From a virus (Duplodnaviria; Caudoviricetes), in IMG/VR virus record IMGVR_UViG_3300043021_000113: a stretch of DNA of 64,000 bases; one strand, written 5' to 3'. Positions within the stretch are counted from its first letter, which is position 1; every line of letters begins with the position of its first letter. Positions 8,593 to 19,215 of the stretch are shown here, piece after piece. The notes under the pieces are model-generated. The model made no database searches. It was not told the origin of the DNA and was given only the letters and a program-made list of their open reading frames with translations. Position numbers and translations under genes: made by a program.

Positions 8593-9288
8593 ATGGAAAT
8601 GTTCAATTTCTATACAGCATATACTCAAATGGAGTTATTATACGGTGTTTCAATGACTCCAGATCAATTTGAGAATATAGCCATAATTGGTTATGATAAG
8701 ATAGGAAACAAAGCAACTGAAATTAAACAAGGAGTTTTTGATGTAGAAGACCACAGATTAAAATTACCTTGTGACATAAGCAGTATTGAAGCTGTAACTA
8801 CAAATAAAGTTGATTATCAAAAGACGAGTTCAATTTATGACTCTTATAATAATATATACAGCAATACTGCTGAACAATACATAGAGCATTTGAAAAAAAA
8901 TTCTGATCCTTTATATACTAAAGGAGAATTTGTAAAATATAAACAAATAGACAATAGGACATTATATATTCCGGAAAATTACAAAAAAGTTTTTGTAATG
9001 TATACTGTACCTGTAGTTGGTGATGATGAGTTACCAATGCTTAACCAAAAAGAAGTTGACGCTTTAGCTTGTTATTGTGCATATATTGATACTTTCAAAA
9101 AAGGAATGTCAACACGTGATGCTAACATGATAAATCTTGCTGGAGCTTTAGAACAAAAATGGTTGAGATTATGTGATTATGCAAGAACTCCTGTTTCAAT
9201 GAGTCAAAATGACTTTGACATAATAGGAGATGTTAAAACTTCATGGGATAGAAAAACTTATGGTAAAAGTTACAAAGGTTTTAAGTAG
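8593..9288 (+). CDS. Putative tail tubular/ring protein
   Basis: 231 aa; LKLPCD..IEAV and DDELPML motifs; synteny. Confidence 0.55.
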   Translation: MEMFNFYTAYTQMELLYGVSMTPDQFENIAIIGYDKIGNKATEIKQGVFDVEDHRLKLPCDISSIEAVTTNKVDYQKTSSIYDSYNNIYSNTAEQYIEHLKKNSDPLYTKGEFVKYKQIDNRTLYIPENYKKVFVMYTVPVVGDDELPMLNQKEVDALACYCAYIDTFKKGMSTRDANMINLAGALEQKWLRLCDYARTPVSMSQNDFDIIGDVKTSWDRKTYGKSYKGFK

Positions 9289-10348
9289 TGATAAAATAGT
9301 AGAAAGTCGCAGTAGATATATAGCATTTCAACACCTTTTCGAGCATTTAGACGTTGAAAAAATAAAGCCAAACTGCACAATGGCTGAAATTAAAAAGAAA
9401 TATGGATCAAGAGAAAAGAAAGAGCTTGCAGTTAGAATGGCCCATATAATGCTTCAAAAAATAGTTGATGATGTGGTATTACGTGCTTATACTTATAGTT
9501 TTACACATCACAAAAAAAATAGTAAAAAATACACTTTAGAAGTAGTAAAATTTACTTGTAAACAAGGACCACATTTTGGAAATGAGTTTTTAAGATTTAA
9601 ATTTTGTATTGATGGTAGAATTACAAAACCAATTAGATTATCCAGAAAATATGAAGATTTACTTTGGGATTATAAACTTAAAGTTTCAAATCCTAATAAA
9701 GTAAAAACATATAAAGATTATGTAAATATTGTTAATGAACAATTCCCAGAATTTAAACGTTCTGATATATCAAGGATTTTAAGATGTTTTGACACTAAAC
9801 TTAGATATTGTTTAGATAAAGACATAAGAATTAAAACTACACATATAAAAGGTTTTTTCTTTTATAATGATTATTCGCTTATTAATGATTCAGAATCAAG
9901 ACATGATCTTTTCAATTTAAAGCTTGATGATCAATGGGTTGTTAGTATATGTCCAGATAGAGTAAGGCGTGATAATTTAATTTATCGTCAAAATTTAAAA
10001 TCAAAAAGTCCTTTTGCTAGAAAATACGACACAACGACTGCTTATTTTAATATGAGTAAAAAAAATTTTGAAAAAAATTTCATTCCTCAAAAAGACGAGG
10101 ACGTTTTAATATTTGAAAATGTATATTTATATAGAAAATATAATTACGGTTTGAGGTCTTGTGTTTATTTTAGAATAAAAAACTTTAACTTTGATCCAAA
10201 AAGAGTTAGAATGTTTTTTAGTTATTTAGAAGTTAAAAAAGAAGATTTAGAAATAACAAAATATGAGAAAAGCAGCAGTAAATACATTTACAGATGGTTT
10301 GATGATGGATGCGAATCCTCTGATAACGGCGCAGAGTTGTCTGACTGA
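9230..10348 (+). CDS. Basic hypothetical protein, possibly a fusion of two HU/IHF-like crAss domains
   Basis: 372 aa K/R-rich; segments KKELA..IVDDVV and KTYKDYVNIVNEQFPEFKRSDISRIL resemble crAss IHF-like proteins from memory; start uncertain (9230 or 9260). Confidence 0.4.
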   Translation: MLKLHGIEKLMVKVTKVLSSDKIVESRSRYIAFQHLFEHLDVEKIKPNCTMAEIKKKYGSREKKELAVRMAHIMLQKIVDDVVLRAYTYSFTHHKKNSKKYTLEVVKFTCKQGPHFGNEFLRFKFCIDGRITKPIRLSRKYEDLLWDYKLKVSNPNKVKTYKDYVNIVNEQFPEFKRSDISRILRCFDTKLRYCLDKDIRIKTTHIKGFFFYNDYSLINDSESRHDLFNLKLDDQWVVSICPDRVRRDNLIYRQNLKSKSPFARKYDTTTAYFNMSKKNFEKNFIPQKDEDVLIFENVYLYRKYNYGLRSCVYFRIKNFNFDPKRVRMFFSYLEVKKEDLEITKYEKSSSKYIYRWFDDGCESSDNGAELSD

Positions 10349-13292
10349 TTGCTTAAATGGCACATTGATTACTTATAATGGAAATGAGTTTACATTACAA
10401 AATGACATGGGAAATGTTAAGCTTGAAAAAGCAAAACTTCCTGATGGTTTCGTTCCAATTGGAATGAAAGAATATGGAGGCATAATTTATATGGCCCTTC
10501 TTAATCCTGTAACTAATGAGTGTGAGATTGGTTCTATGCCTTCTCCTAGTTATGAAGTAGAACCAACAAAAAGGGATAATGACAATGATTCTGTAAATCT
10601 TGTTTCGTCTAAAATGATAGATAAAGAAACTGGGATTTTTAATGATTATTTCGTTAAGTTATTTGAATTTGAACAATTAACATTAAATCCTGGTGATATG
10701 TACGGCATAGCTTATAAAGTAAAAAGTGGAAAAGATCCAATATTAAATAAAAATGTTTATAATGTAGAGCTTTACGCTGTAGATAAAGACAACAAACAAC
10801 ATTTAATAAATGATCCGCAGTTTTTAGATAAAACAAACAAAGGTTTTGCTGTTGGTAATGAAGAGTTCGTTTATATGGATAAAGCAGTAAGTGCTGTTTT
10901 AGGACTCAAAATTTCTATTCAAGAAATAAATTGGTTTGAATCTGTAATTTATGAAAAAGATAAAGATTTAATACTTAAGCTTTATTGGGCTAATAAATTA
11001 CAAGATGAAAGCACAGATGAAGACGACATTTTCGTTTCTGGAATTAAGCTTAAAGCTAACAATAATGATGTTTTTTATTTAAATACAGATGATCAAAAAA
11101 GCGAAAAAGTAAAAGAAACTTTAATTATTAGTCAACAAGAATTCCCGGAAGTTTACGAAAAACTTTATAAAGAAGGAGAAACTTTAGAATTAGAGCTTAC
11201 ACCTTATGATCAATTCCATTTTATCGATTCTTTAACTAGAAAATTAACAATTACTATTGGCAAAGATTACGTTTACGATAGTAGCAATTCAACTTATAAA
11301 TTTAAATATTCAAAGCTTAATAAATCCTTAAGACTTGATTTTACAATGGACACAATAAATATGGTTGATCCTTATTTATACGTTGAGTTTTACGATGTTT
11401 GGAGTGATTATTCAGTTATAATTCCAATTGAGGATATAAACCCAGCAGGTCTTAACACTTTATTTGTTGATACAATAAACGAACCAGTAGAAGATGAATG
11501 GATAAATACACAAGGAGGAGTTGATCGTGATTTATTAGCTGAATTTTCAATTAATAAAGAAGAATTAACAACTACTAATATATATCAACCTATATTATCA
11601 AATACTGTTAGAATTAAACAAATATTAAGAGAAAACAACTTATATCTTGTTAGAATAGCAGCAATTGATAAAAATAGAAATGATTTGGGAGTTTGTCCAG
11701 AAGCTAAACAATATTCTTCAAACTATAAATTATTAATTATTAATGAAAATTACAATTCGTGGTATGATAAGTTAATAGATACAGGAAAAACAACAGGAGT
11801 TGATTTTAATTCTAAAAATTTAAATTCTGATTATAATTTTAATTTTGAAGTTAGTCTTGTAGGTTCAAATGAAAATACAACAAAAACTGTTGATGATAAT
11901 TTAACTTGTAAGACAATAAAAAATGATGTTACTTATTATTACGATTATAACTTAGAAAGAAAAAATTTTAATGCTCAAAGTTACACAGAAAAATTCAATC
12001 GTAAAGGTAGATATTTATTAGATACAGAATTAAAAAATGCAACTGTTCCTTTTGGATTAGCAACTGAAATTATAACTGGATTAAAAGATGTTGATTTTAG
12101 CAAAAGTTATATTACAGAAACAGACGATGAAGTGACTTCAAGTTATACTATTAACAAAATAAATGGAGAAGATAACGAAGGAATAGAAATTGAGCTTAAC
12201 ACTGAAAGAGTAATTAAAGCTAACGTAGAAGAAGAAGAAAAAGACAATAGAGTTGAGGCTGCAACTTATCAATTTAAAACTAAATGGTCTGAAAATGACC
12301 CAACAGCTTTACCTGCACTTTATGCTTGGCGTTATCCTGGCCAATATTACGTGCAACGTGTAGGTAAATATTATCCACAAAATGAAGAAAAACACTTAAC
12401 AGAAGATCCTGATTTATATTTTGAAGTTGGCGGTGATTGTCCAAATGGAGAAAATATGGGAAAGGTTCTTAATAACCAAATAAACAAAAACTTTTTTGGA
12501 GAAGAAGTCGACGCTTTTAGTATCAACATGGTTGAAAAAGTGGATTATGGAAATATAAATGTAAAATTACAATATAAGAGCGATAGCGATTCTGTTTGGT
12601 CTGGTGAACCTTGGGGACTAATATTAAGAACCAATACTGATTCTTGTTTAGTTAAATTTGACAATACAGCTGAAGTTATAAATTCTCTTAAAGATATTTA
12701 CGCTTCAAAAGTTGTTGAAAACACAAATTATCTTTATACATACGACAACGTCGAAAGTTCGGCTACAAGTACAACTGAGCTTGTGGGTTCTTTAAAATTA
12801 GATCTTAAAACATCAGCAAAAATTATTCAAAAAATGGGATCTGAAAATACTTATAGAACCAATGACGAACTTTTAACTGCTCTTAATAATAAAATAACGA
12901 ATGTTGAAGGAGTAAATAAAACAGCTTTAAGTCGTGAATATTTAAATATCAATGCTCCTGATATTAAAAATTCAATAACTGTTAATACTCCAGAAATAAG
13001 CATTACTGCTTCTTCTGATAAAACAATATATAATGCAGTTCTTAAATCTTCTTCTGATATTAAAAAGCAAGAACCAGAACTGTTCGTATCTTGCCCTTAT
13101 GAAGATATGGTGCCATATTCTAAGAGTGGAAATTATAATAACCAAGCAAAACGTTTTACGTTTAAACTTGTAGACAATAAACCAAGGTTTACATATAAGC
13201 CTAGCAACTTAGCAAACACTAAATGGAATGTTCCAAAAACTAGTGACAAGCCAGGCCCTCAAATTGATAAAACGTTATTTGATCAATTATGA
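10263..13292 (+). CDS. Tail stabilization / muzzle-type protein (N-terminal part)
   Basis: 1009 aa; NTFTDGLMMD..LTDCLNGTLITYNGNEFTLQNDMGN N-terminus characteristic of crAss tail stabilization proteins; beta-rich. Confidence 0.65.
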   Translation: MRKAAVNTFTDGLMMDANPLITAQSCLTDCLNGTLITYNGNEFTLQNDMGNVKLEKAKLPDGFVPIGMKEYGGIIYMALLNPVTNECEIGSMPSPSYEVEPTKRDNDNDSVNLVSSKMIDKETGIFNDYFVKLFEFEQLTLNPGDMYGIAYKVKSGKDPILNKNVYNVELYAVDKDNKQHLINDPQFLDKTNKGFAVGNEEFVYMDKAVSAVLGLKISIQEINWFESVIYEKDKDLILKLYWANKLQDESTDEDDIFVSGIKLKANNNDVFYLNTDDQKSEKVKETLIISQQEFPEVYEKLYKEGETLELELTPYDQFHFIDSLTRKLTITIGKDYVYDSSNSTYKFKYSKLNKSLRLDFTMDTINMVDPYLYVEFYDVWSDYSVIIPIEDINPAGLNTLFVDTINEPVEDEWINTQGGVDRDLLAEFSINKEELTTTNIYQPILSNTVRIKQILRENNLYLVRIAAIDKNRNDLGVCPEAKQYSSNYKLLIINENYNSWYDKLIDTGKTTGVDFNSKNLNSDYNFNFEVSLVGSNENTTKTVDDNLTCKTIKNDVTYYYDYNLERKNFNAQSYTEKFNRKGRYLLDTELKNATVPFGLATEIITGLKDVDFSKSYITETDDEVTSSYTINKINGEDNEGIEIELNTERVIKANVEEEEKDNRVEAATYQFKTKWSENDPTALPALYAWRYPGQYYVQRVGKYYPQNEEKHLTEDPDLYFEVGGDCPNGENMGKVLNNQINKNFFGEEVDAFSINMVEKVDYGNINVKLQYKSDSDSVWSGEPWGLILRTNTDSCLVKFDNTAEVINSLKDIYASKVVENTNYLYTYDNVESSATSTTELVGSLKLDLKTSAKIIQKMGSENTYRTNDELLTALNNKITNVEGVNKTALSREYLNINAPDIKNSITVNTPEISITASSDKTIYNAVLKSSSDIKKQEPELFVSCPYEDMVPYSKSGNYNNQAKRFTFKLVDNKPRFTYKPSNLANTKWNVPKTSDKPGPQIDKTLFDQL

Positions 13293-16200
13293 TTAGCATT
13301 TCAAAAACAGCTCCTAAATTTCTAGATTATCCAGAATTTGATTTAGAAGTTAAAGTTGTAGCTAAAACTTACAAACAAGAAGGAGATTTAGATTATATTT
13401 ACCAACCGTTCCGAAATATTCAAATATCCAAAGATTATGAAGCTAACGGTTTAAAATATAAAAAAGGTCAATTAGTGGATTTTAGAACTGATCAATTAAA
13501 CTTTAGTCTTGAAAATCCAATTGATATGCAGATACAACCTAGTTATGATGGAACAGTAAATTTAATTTTAAATGATGATTTAAACCCACCAAGAATTATT
13601 AATTCAAGATTTACGGTAACAGAAGATAAGACTTTTAAAATTATAGATCGCAAAGGCGAGAATGACACGAACATTTATGAACAAGACAACGTAGATTTAG
13701 AAACAAGATTATTTAAAAACTACAATGTCGTTCCTTATGTAGAATTTAACGGCTTACAAGAAGGAGGAGCTTTAAAAGCTGGTAATTATTGTTTTTTCTT
13801 TAAATATACAGACGCAGACAATAACGAAAGTGACATTATTTGTGAAACTGGAGTAATACCTGTGCATGATGGAAAAGTAAATGATCCTTTTTCAATTACA
13901 GGTGGTCTTGAAGACACAAATTGTAATAAGTTAATAAAACTTACAATTAACAATATAGACACAGCGTATGATTATTTAAACATATATTATACTAGAAGTT
14001 CGGGTGAAAATAGTTTTACAAATTACACAAAATTTGTTAAAATATTAGATCGTAAGATTATATCTTCCGATACTTTAGAAATAACCATTACTGGTTTTGA
14101 AAATGAGCAAGAAATAGACCATAACTTATTAAATGTTGAATACAACATGGTTGATAGAGTAAAGACTCAAGCTCAAATTCAAAATATGTTGTTTTTTGCT
14201 AATGTAGACAAACCAACTACACCTTATGCTGATTTGGAAGATTTAAGTTTAAGAATTCTTCCAAGTGTTAGTAATTCAAACACTATTGGGTGTTTAAACC
14301 ATAATTACGAACCAACAGATGGAAACGTTGAACATATAGAATATTACAATATGAAAAACGTTTATAATTTTACTGGTTATTGGAACGGTGAAATTTACAG
14401 GTTCGGTGTTGTTTATATATTAAAAGATGATAGTTTAAGTCCAGTTTTCAATGTTCGTGGTTGTGATAATTTAGGAGAAACAACAAAACTTAAAAATCCT
14501 CCTTTATATATAACAAAGTATGATGATAACGGCAATCCTTATCAATCAACAGAAAGAAATTATATTCCAATATCTGAAGATGGTTTTTATCAAAACCCAA
14601 CAACAAGTCTTGAAAATATAAAAGGAGTTGTTAAATTAAACTTTAAAGGATCAATAATAGAAACAGAAGATGTCCCCGAAGTTTACCCGTTAGCAATAAA
14701 TTTTAATATAGAAAACGAGGTTTTGGATGAAATAAGAAAATTTGCAAAAGGCTTTTTCTTTGTAAGACAAAAACGAATCGCAACTATACTTGGCCAAGGT
14801 TTAACTATTGGTGTTGATAGTGAAAGTTATTTGCCAGTATTAAAGCGTAAAGATGGTTTCGTTGCAGAGTCTTTTTTAGATGATAACCGAGTTTTAACTA
14901 GTGATTTTTCAAGGCATTTATTAGTAAGTGAAGAAGAAGGATTAATTGCTTTTAATGGTTTATATTCTCCAGAGTTAACAAATAATAAAATAATATCTAA
15001 TGGATTATTTAATAACTCAGAGTTTACACTTTCAAATTCTTTTATAAACAACAGTCTTGATTATTTAAACCAAGATTCAAGGCATTTTTACATTGATAGT
15101 TACAAAAACCAAGGTTTTTTAAATTCTGTTTATAAGTCAAAACTAATGTATGTTCAAGATTCCGCACCATTAAAGGTTCTTGATGGAAAATTTTTCTCAG
15201 CATTAGCAGGACAAGCAGAAGAAGCTTTCAGGATTAAATATTTTGAAAAAGCAGATAAAACAACAGGTGCTCGTAGAATATTAAGAGGTCAATTTGGACC
15301 TTATATAGGAGCAAGTGCAGTTCTTCCAGAAACTAAAATATTAAATATCCATACGCCAGGTTATGATGAAACATTAATGCTTGAATATTTTAAGACGCGT
15401 TTTTATAATATGCAAACTTACCGGGCAATATCTAATAGATATGATCTTAACAAGTTATATTTATATAATAACATAAAAGAAGATCAAAACATAAAGTCTT
15501 TTGTAGAATATAGGGGAGATTGTTTCATTAATACCGTAACAGTAAGAGTTAATCGTAACTTCTTAGATCCAGAAACACCAATTAATGATGAAATATTACA
15601 AAATACAACTTGGCGTGATAATTATTTATACCCAACAGATCAAGACGACAAGAAAGATTCGGGAAAAATTAATAGATCTGATGTTAACGCTGTAGGTCTT
15701 GGACATTGGGTGACATTTAAGGTGTTTTCTAATATTAATTTGTGTCTTAGATCTTTAGATGACAAACACCCAGAAGAAGAAGCTTTACAAGGTCAAAAAA
15801 GAGGTTATTTCCCGGTTCAATCGATGAGTTATAAATGTAACGCTAAGATGGAAGAAAGCGAAATCTTCAATTCTGGTTATAAATCAACAGTTCCAGAAAA
15901 AGAATATAGCATATTACCAGATGTTCCTTATATTAAAAACATTTTCGAGAATCGCATTATGTTTTCTTTAAGAAATGTTACAGATTCTTTCCAAAATGGC
16001 TATAGGATATTTCAAGGTTTAACTTATCAAGACGTAACGAAACAATACGGAGCAATAGTAAAGATTTTTAATTGGAAAGATAATATATTATGCGTTTTTG
16101 AAAATGGAGTTGCTTTATTTGCCGTTAACGAACGAGCATTAATTCAAACTGAAACAGGAGCAAGTATCCACATGTACGGAGCAGGTGTTCTTCCAGAAAA

Positions 16201-17407
16201 AGAATTAGCAATAAGTCCAGATTTTGGTTCTAGATGGCCAGATAGTATAATAAAAACTCCAATTGGCATTTATGGTGTAGATTCTGAAGCTAAAAAAATA
16301 TGGCGTTATAGTGAAAACGGTTTTGAAATATTAAGTGATTTTAAGATTCAAAAATTTTTAAATGAAAACTTAATAATGGATGCTGACGAATACAAACCAA
16401 TTGTTGGCCTTAGAAATGTAAAAACACATTATGACAATTTCAAAGGAGATGTTATGTTTACATTTTACAATTGCACAAGAGATGAAGACAAAGTTTGGAG
16501 TTTAGTTTATAATGAACGTTTGGGTAAATGGATAACAAGGACAAGTTGGGTTCCTTTGGCTTCCGAAAATATAAATAACATTTTTGTTTCTTTTGATAGA
16601 GACACAGCAAAAGATACATCTTTAAATGCTTATAGTTTAGAATCTTGCAATGTTTCTTCCGGAATAGTATTGGATAATAACATAATAATTCCAGAAGGAG
16701 GTTTAATTGGAACTTTAAAAATAAAAGGTTATGATTATTACGAAAAATACGATAAAAATTATTATTTAGTAGATAATCAAGATTTATTTTATATTGAAGG
16801 AGACAAGTTATTTGCAAGAGAAAACAACATAAATTCAACTATAATTACAGTTGGCGTTAAACTTACAAATGGGTTAGTTAATGCTCCAGATTTTGTGGAT
16901 TATATACTAATAAAAAAAGACAATAATTCACTAAGGAGTAATTATTTATATAAACACGGACAAGCTAATTTATTTTATAATGACGAAGTAGGAATTATTA
17001 AACCTTCCACTTGGTATGAAAAAATACATCCTTTCGAATATGAGTTTATTTTAAACGATAATTTCCAAGTTCAAAAAATATTTAATAACTTACGGATAAT
17101 TTCAAATAAAGTTAAACCAGAACAATTTACAATTTCTGTTTTAGATGACGCATATTCGTTTAGCAATGATTTTTCAAAAGAAATTAGCAGAATAATTGAT
17201 ATTAAAGACATATCAACAGTTGGAAGATTAAGAGGAAATATTCAATACAAAGAAGGAGTTTGGGATTTAATAATTCCACCAATGGATCAAGGCAAACGAT
17301 CTGCTAGACCAAGGAATAAATATGCGAGAGTTAAATTTAAATATAATGGAGATGATTTGGCAGTTATAACGTCAATTCAAAATTTTTACACAATAAGTCA
17401 CGCATAA
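13289..17407 (+). CDS. Tail stabilization / muzzle-type protein (large, beta-propeller-like)
   Basis: 1372 aa; IYRFGVVYILKDDSLSPVF, YRGDCFI, GIYGVDSEAKKIWRY; ATGA overlap with the upstream gene. Confidence 0.65.
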   Translation: MISISKTAPKFLDYPEFDLEVKVVAKTYKQEGDLDYIYQPFRNIQISKDYEANGLKYKKGQLVDFRTDQLNFSLENPIDMQIQPSYDGTVNLILNDDLNPPRIINSRFTVTEDKTFKIIDRKGENDTNIYEQDNVDLETRLFKNYNVVPYVEFNGLQEGGALKAGNYCFFFKYTDADNNESDIICETGVIPVHDGKVNDPFSITGGLEDTNCNKLIKLTINNIDTAYDYLNIYYTRSSGENSFTNYTKFVKILDRKIISSDTLEITITGFENEQEIDHNLLNVEYNMVDRVKTQAQIQNMLFFANVDKPTTPYADLEDLSLRILPSVSNSNTIGCLNHNYEPTDGNVEHIEYYNMKNVYNFTGYWNGEIYRFGVVYILKDDSLSPVFNVRGCDNLGETTKLKNPPLYITKYDDNGNPYQSTERNYIPISEDGFYQNPTTSLENIKGVVKLNFKGSIIETEDVPEVYPLAINFNIENEVLDEIRKFAKGFFFVRQKRIATILGQGLTIGVDSESYLPVLKRKDGFVAESFLDDNRVLTSDFSRHLLVSEEEGLIAFNGLYSPELTNNKIISNGLFNNSEFTLSNSFINNSLDYLNQDSRHFYIDSYKNQGFLNSVYKSKLMYVQDSAPLKVLDGKFFSALAGQAEEAFRIKYFEKADKTTGARRILRGQFGPYIGASAVLPETKILNIHTPGYDETLMLEYFKTRFYNMQTYRAISNRYDLNKLYLYNNIKEDQNIKSFVEYRGDCFINTVTVRVNRNFLDPETPINDEILQNTTWRDNYLYPTDQDDKKDSGKINRSDVNAVGLGHWVTFKVFSNINLCLRSLDDKHPEEEALQGQKRGYFPVQSMSYKCNAKMEESEIFNSGYKSTVPEKEYSILPDVPYIKNIFENRIMFSLRNVTDSFQNGYRIFQGLTYQDVTKQYGAIVKIFNWKDNILCVFENGVALFAVNERALIQTETGASIHMYGAGVLPEKELAISPDFGSRWPDSIIKTPIGIYGVDSEAKKIWRYSENGFEILSDFKIQKFLNENLIMDADEYKPIVGLRNVKTHYDNFKGDVMFTFYNCTRDEDKVWSLVYNERLGKWITRTSWVPLASENINNIFVSFDRDTAKDTSLNAYSLESCNVSSGIVLDNNIIIPEGGLIGTLKIKGYDYYEKYDKNYYLVDNQDLFYIEGDKLFARENNINSTIITVGVKLTNGLVNAPDFVDYILIKKDNNSLRSNYLYKHGQANLFYNDEVGIIKPSTWYEKIHPFEYEFILNDNFQVQKIFNNLRIISNKVKPEQFTISVLDDAYSFSNDFSKEISRIIDIKDISTVGRLRGNIQYKEGVWDLIIPPMDQGKRSARPRNKYARVKFKYNGDDLAVITSIQNFYTISHA

Positions 17408-17408
17408 A

Positions 17409-18533
17409 ATGGCAAATATTTTTAATTTACCAAGCAGCTTAGATTATGGGATAGATTGGTTGAATGCTAGTTCTCTTTCTCAAGCTCAAGCTGCACATAA
17501 AAAGTCAGATAACTTACAAAAATTTTTTAATTCTAGAACTTCTGATTCATCAGCAAAAACTGGATTAGGTCTTAATGACTTAATGAAAAATGTTGGATCG
17601 TCTAATATAGCCTCTGGTGTTATAGGAGCAGTTGGTAATGTAGCTCAAGGATTAAGAAATAGAGAAGGAGCGGTTAGTTCTCAAAATAAAATTAAAGATG
17701 GCATAAATTCTGCAATGGATGTTGTAGGAGATGTTGCAAGTGCATTTGGTCCAATAGGATCTGCAATTGGTGGAGCAGCCAAAATGCTTACTAAAATAGG
17801 CACAGCTATTAATTATGGAAAAAAACTTCATGATTACTCAGTAAGTGAACAATTAGAAAATGCAAGTGGATTTACTGGATTAGCTAGTGATGCAGCAGAT
17901 GCTGCAGATATAGCAGGAAAAAGAAAAGTTTTTGGACGAGGAAAAGCAAATGCACAAATTGACGAAATGAAACGTCTTAATGACAAAGTCGATCAAATGA
18001 CAGATCTTAACAAACAACTTCAAGCATCAATAGGTACAGTTGCAAATAACAATGCACAAAATAACAGAATAGCAAGAGCTGGTGGTTTTTCTTCAATTTA
18101 CATGGGTAAAAATGGATTAAAATTAAGTAAAGCTAAAAAAGCTGCTAGAAATAGCAAAAAACGTGAAAGACGATTAGAAGAAGTGATGATGTTTAAAGAT
18201 GGGGGAATAATAAATAAAAGAAAAGGACAATATAACATTATTCCAGGAGGAAAGCTTCATGGAAGGCTTCATAATATAAAAGACACTAACCCAGAATTAG
18301 CGAAACAAATAACACGTAAAGGTGTTCCAGTAGTAGAATTTGGAGCTTTAGGGGAAGTGACACAACATGCAGAAATAGAAACAGGAGAGCTAACTTTAAG
18401 ATTAAAAGCTGTTGAAAAAATAGAAAAATTGATAGCTGATGGTTCAGATGAAGCTTTAATTAAAGCTGGAAAATTTCTAACTGATGAAATAATAAATAAG
18501 ACAATAGACAATAGCAATGAGGCTGAAAATTAA
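17409..18533 (+). CDS. Putative internal virion (cargo) protein
   Basis: 374 aa; Gly/Ala-rich amphipathic segment (AFGPIGSAIGGAA); C-terminal IIPGGKLH..KGVPV..HAEIE domain. Confidence 0.55.
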   Translation: MANIFNLPSSLDYGIDWLNASSLSQAQAAHKKSDNLQKFFNSRTSDSSAKTGLGLNDLMKNVGSSNIASGVIGAVGNVAQGLRNREGAVSSQNKIKDGINSAMDVVGDVASAFGPIGSAIGGAAKMLTKIGTAINYGKKLHDYSVSEQLENASGFTGLASDAADAADIAGKRKVFGRGKANAQIDEMKRLNDKVDQMTDLNKQLQASIGTVANNNAQNNRIARAGGFSSIYMGKNGLKLSKAKKAARNSKKRERRLEEVMMFKDGGIINKRKGQYNIIPGGKLHGRLHNIKDTNPELAKQITRKGVPVVEFGALGEVTQHAEIETGELTLRLKAVEKIEKLIADGSDEALIKAGKFLTDEIINKTIDNSNEAEN

Positions 18534-19065
18534 TAATAAGACATATAATGTTAAAGTTGTAACGACTGATGAGGAAATGGAAAGAGGTTTAAGAGGGATT
18601 AAAAATCTTCCTGATAATGAAGGCATGTGGTTTGAATTTGAAAAACCGCAAAGCGTAGATTTTGAAATGGACGGAACTTTAATTGACCTTTTAATTGTCT
18701 TTATAGATGAAAATTTAAAAGTAATTAGCACAGAAGAAGGAAAAGCGGGTGATACAGAAGATTTCTTAAGTGAAGATAACGTAAAATATGTTTTAGAAGT
18801 AAACCCAACTGATAATATAAAGCCAGGAGATAAAGTAGAGCTTTTGGATGGAACAATGCATATTTTAGATGAAAACGGAAAGAAAATTTATGCTATGCAA
18901 GGAGGAGAAAGAGTATTTAGTAGACCAAACACTCAAAAACTCTTAAAACTGGCAAGAATAGCTAATGACAGCAAAAGTGATGAAGATTACTTAAAGTTAG
19001 GAAAAACTATTAAGAAATACATTGAAATTCAAAACGAACGTCCTTCTGAATATGTCGAGAAATAA
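18517..19065 (+). CDS. DUF192-family protein with C-terminal extension
   Basis: EEMERGL..LPDNEGMWF..FEMDGTLIDL.IVFID..YVLEVN..IKPGD is the DUF192 pattern. Confidence 0.75.
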   Translation: MRLKINNKTYNVKVVTTDEEMERGLRGIKNLPDNEGMWFEFEKPQSVDFEMDGTLIDLLIVFIDENLKVISTEEGKAGDTEDFLSEDNVKYVLEVNPTDNIKPGDKVELLDGTMHILDENGKKIYAMQGGERVFSRPNTQKLLKLARIANDSKSDEDYLKLGKTIKKYIEIQNERPSEYVEK

Positions 19066-19093
19066 AAAAAGGAGAGTTTTTAGCTCTCCTTTA
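19064..19093. terminator. Bidirectional terminator
   Basis: AAAAAAAGGAGAG-TTTTTAG-CTCTCCTTT; the long U tract is on the minus strand. Confidence 0.75.
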
Positions 19094-19151
19094 TATGTTT
19101 GAATTAAAAATTCAAAAGATTACCGATGTGTTATATACTTACATTTAAGTT

Positions 19152-19208
19152 TGGTTGCGGATTCAGAGAATCGGCAACTCACAACTTCGCCACCATTTCT
19201 CCATCAGC
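19152..19208 (-). ncRNA. Putative tRNA-like small RNA / tRNA remnant lacking an anticodon arm
   Basis: Minus-strand GCTGATGGAGAAATGGTGGCGAAGTTGTGAGTTGCCGATTCTCTGAATCCGCAACCA, GC-rich in an AT-rich spacer, ending in ACCA, directly downstream of a promoter. Confidence 0.35.
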
Positions 19209-19215
19209 TCTGGTA

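Noticed and set aside
19152-19208. Canonical tRNA gene
   Set aside because: Only 57 nt, no anticodon arm and no TTCGA T-loop; kept only as a tRNA-like candidate.
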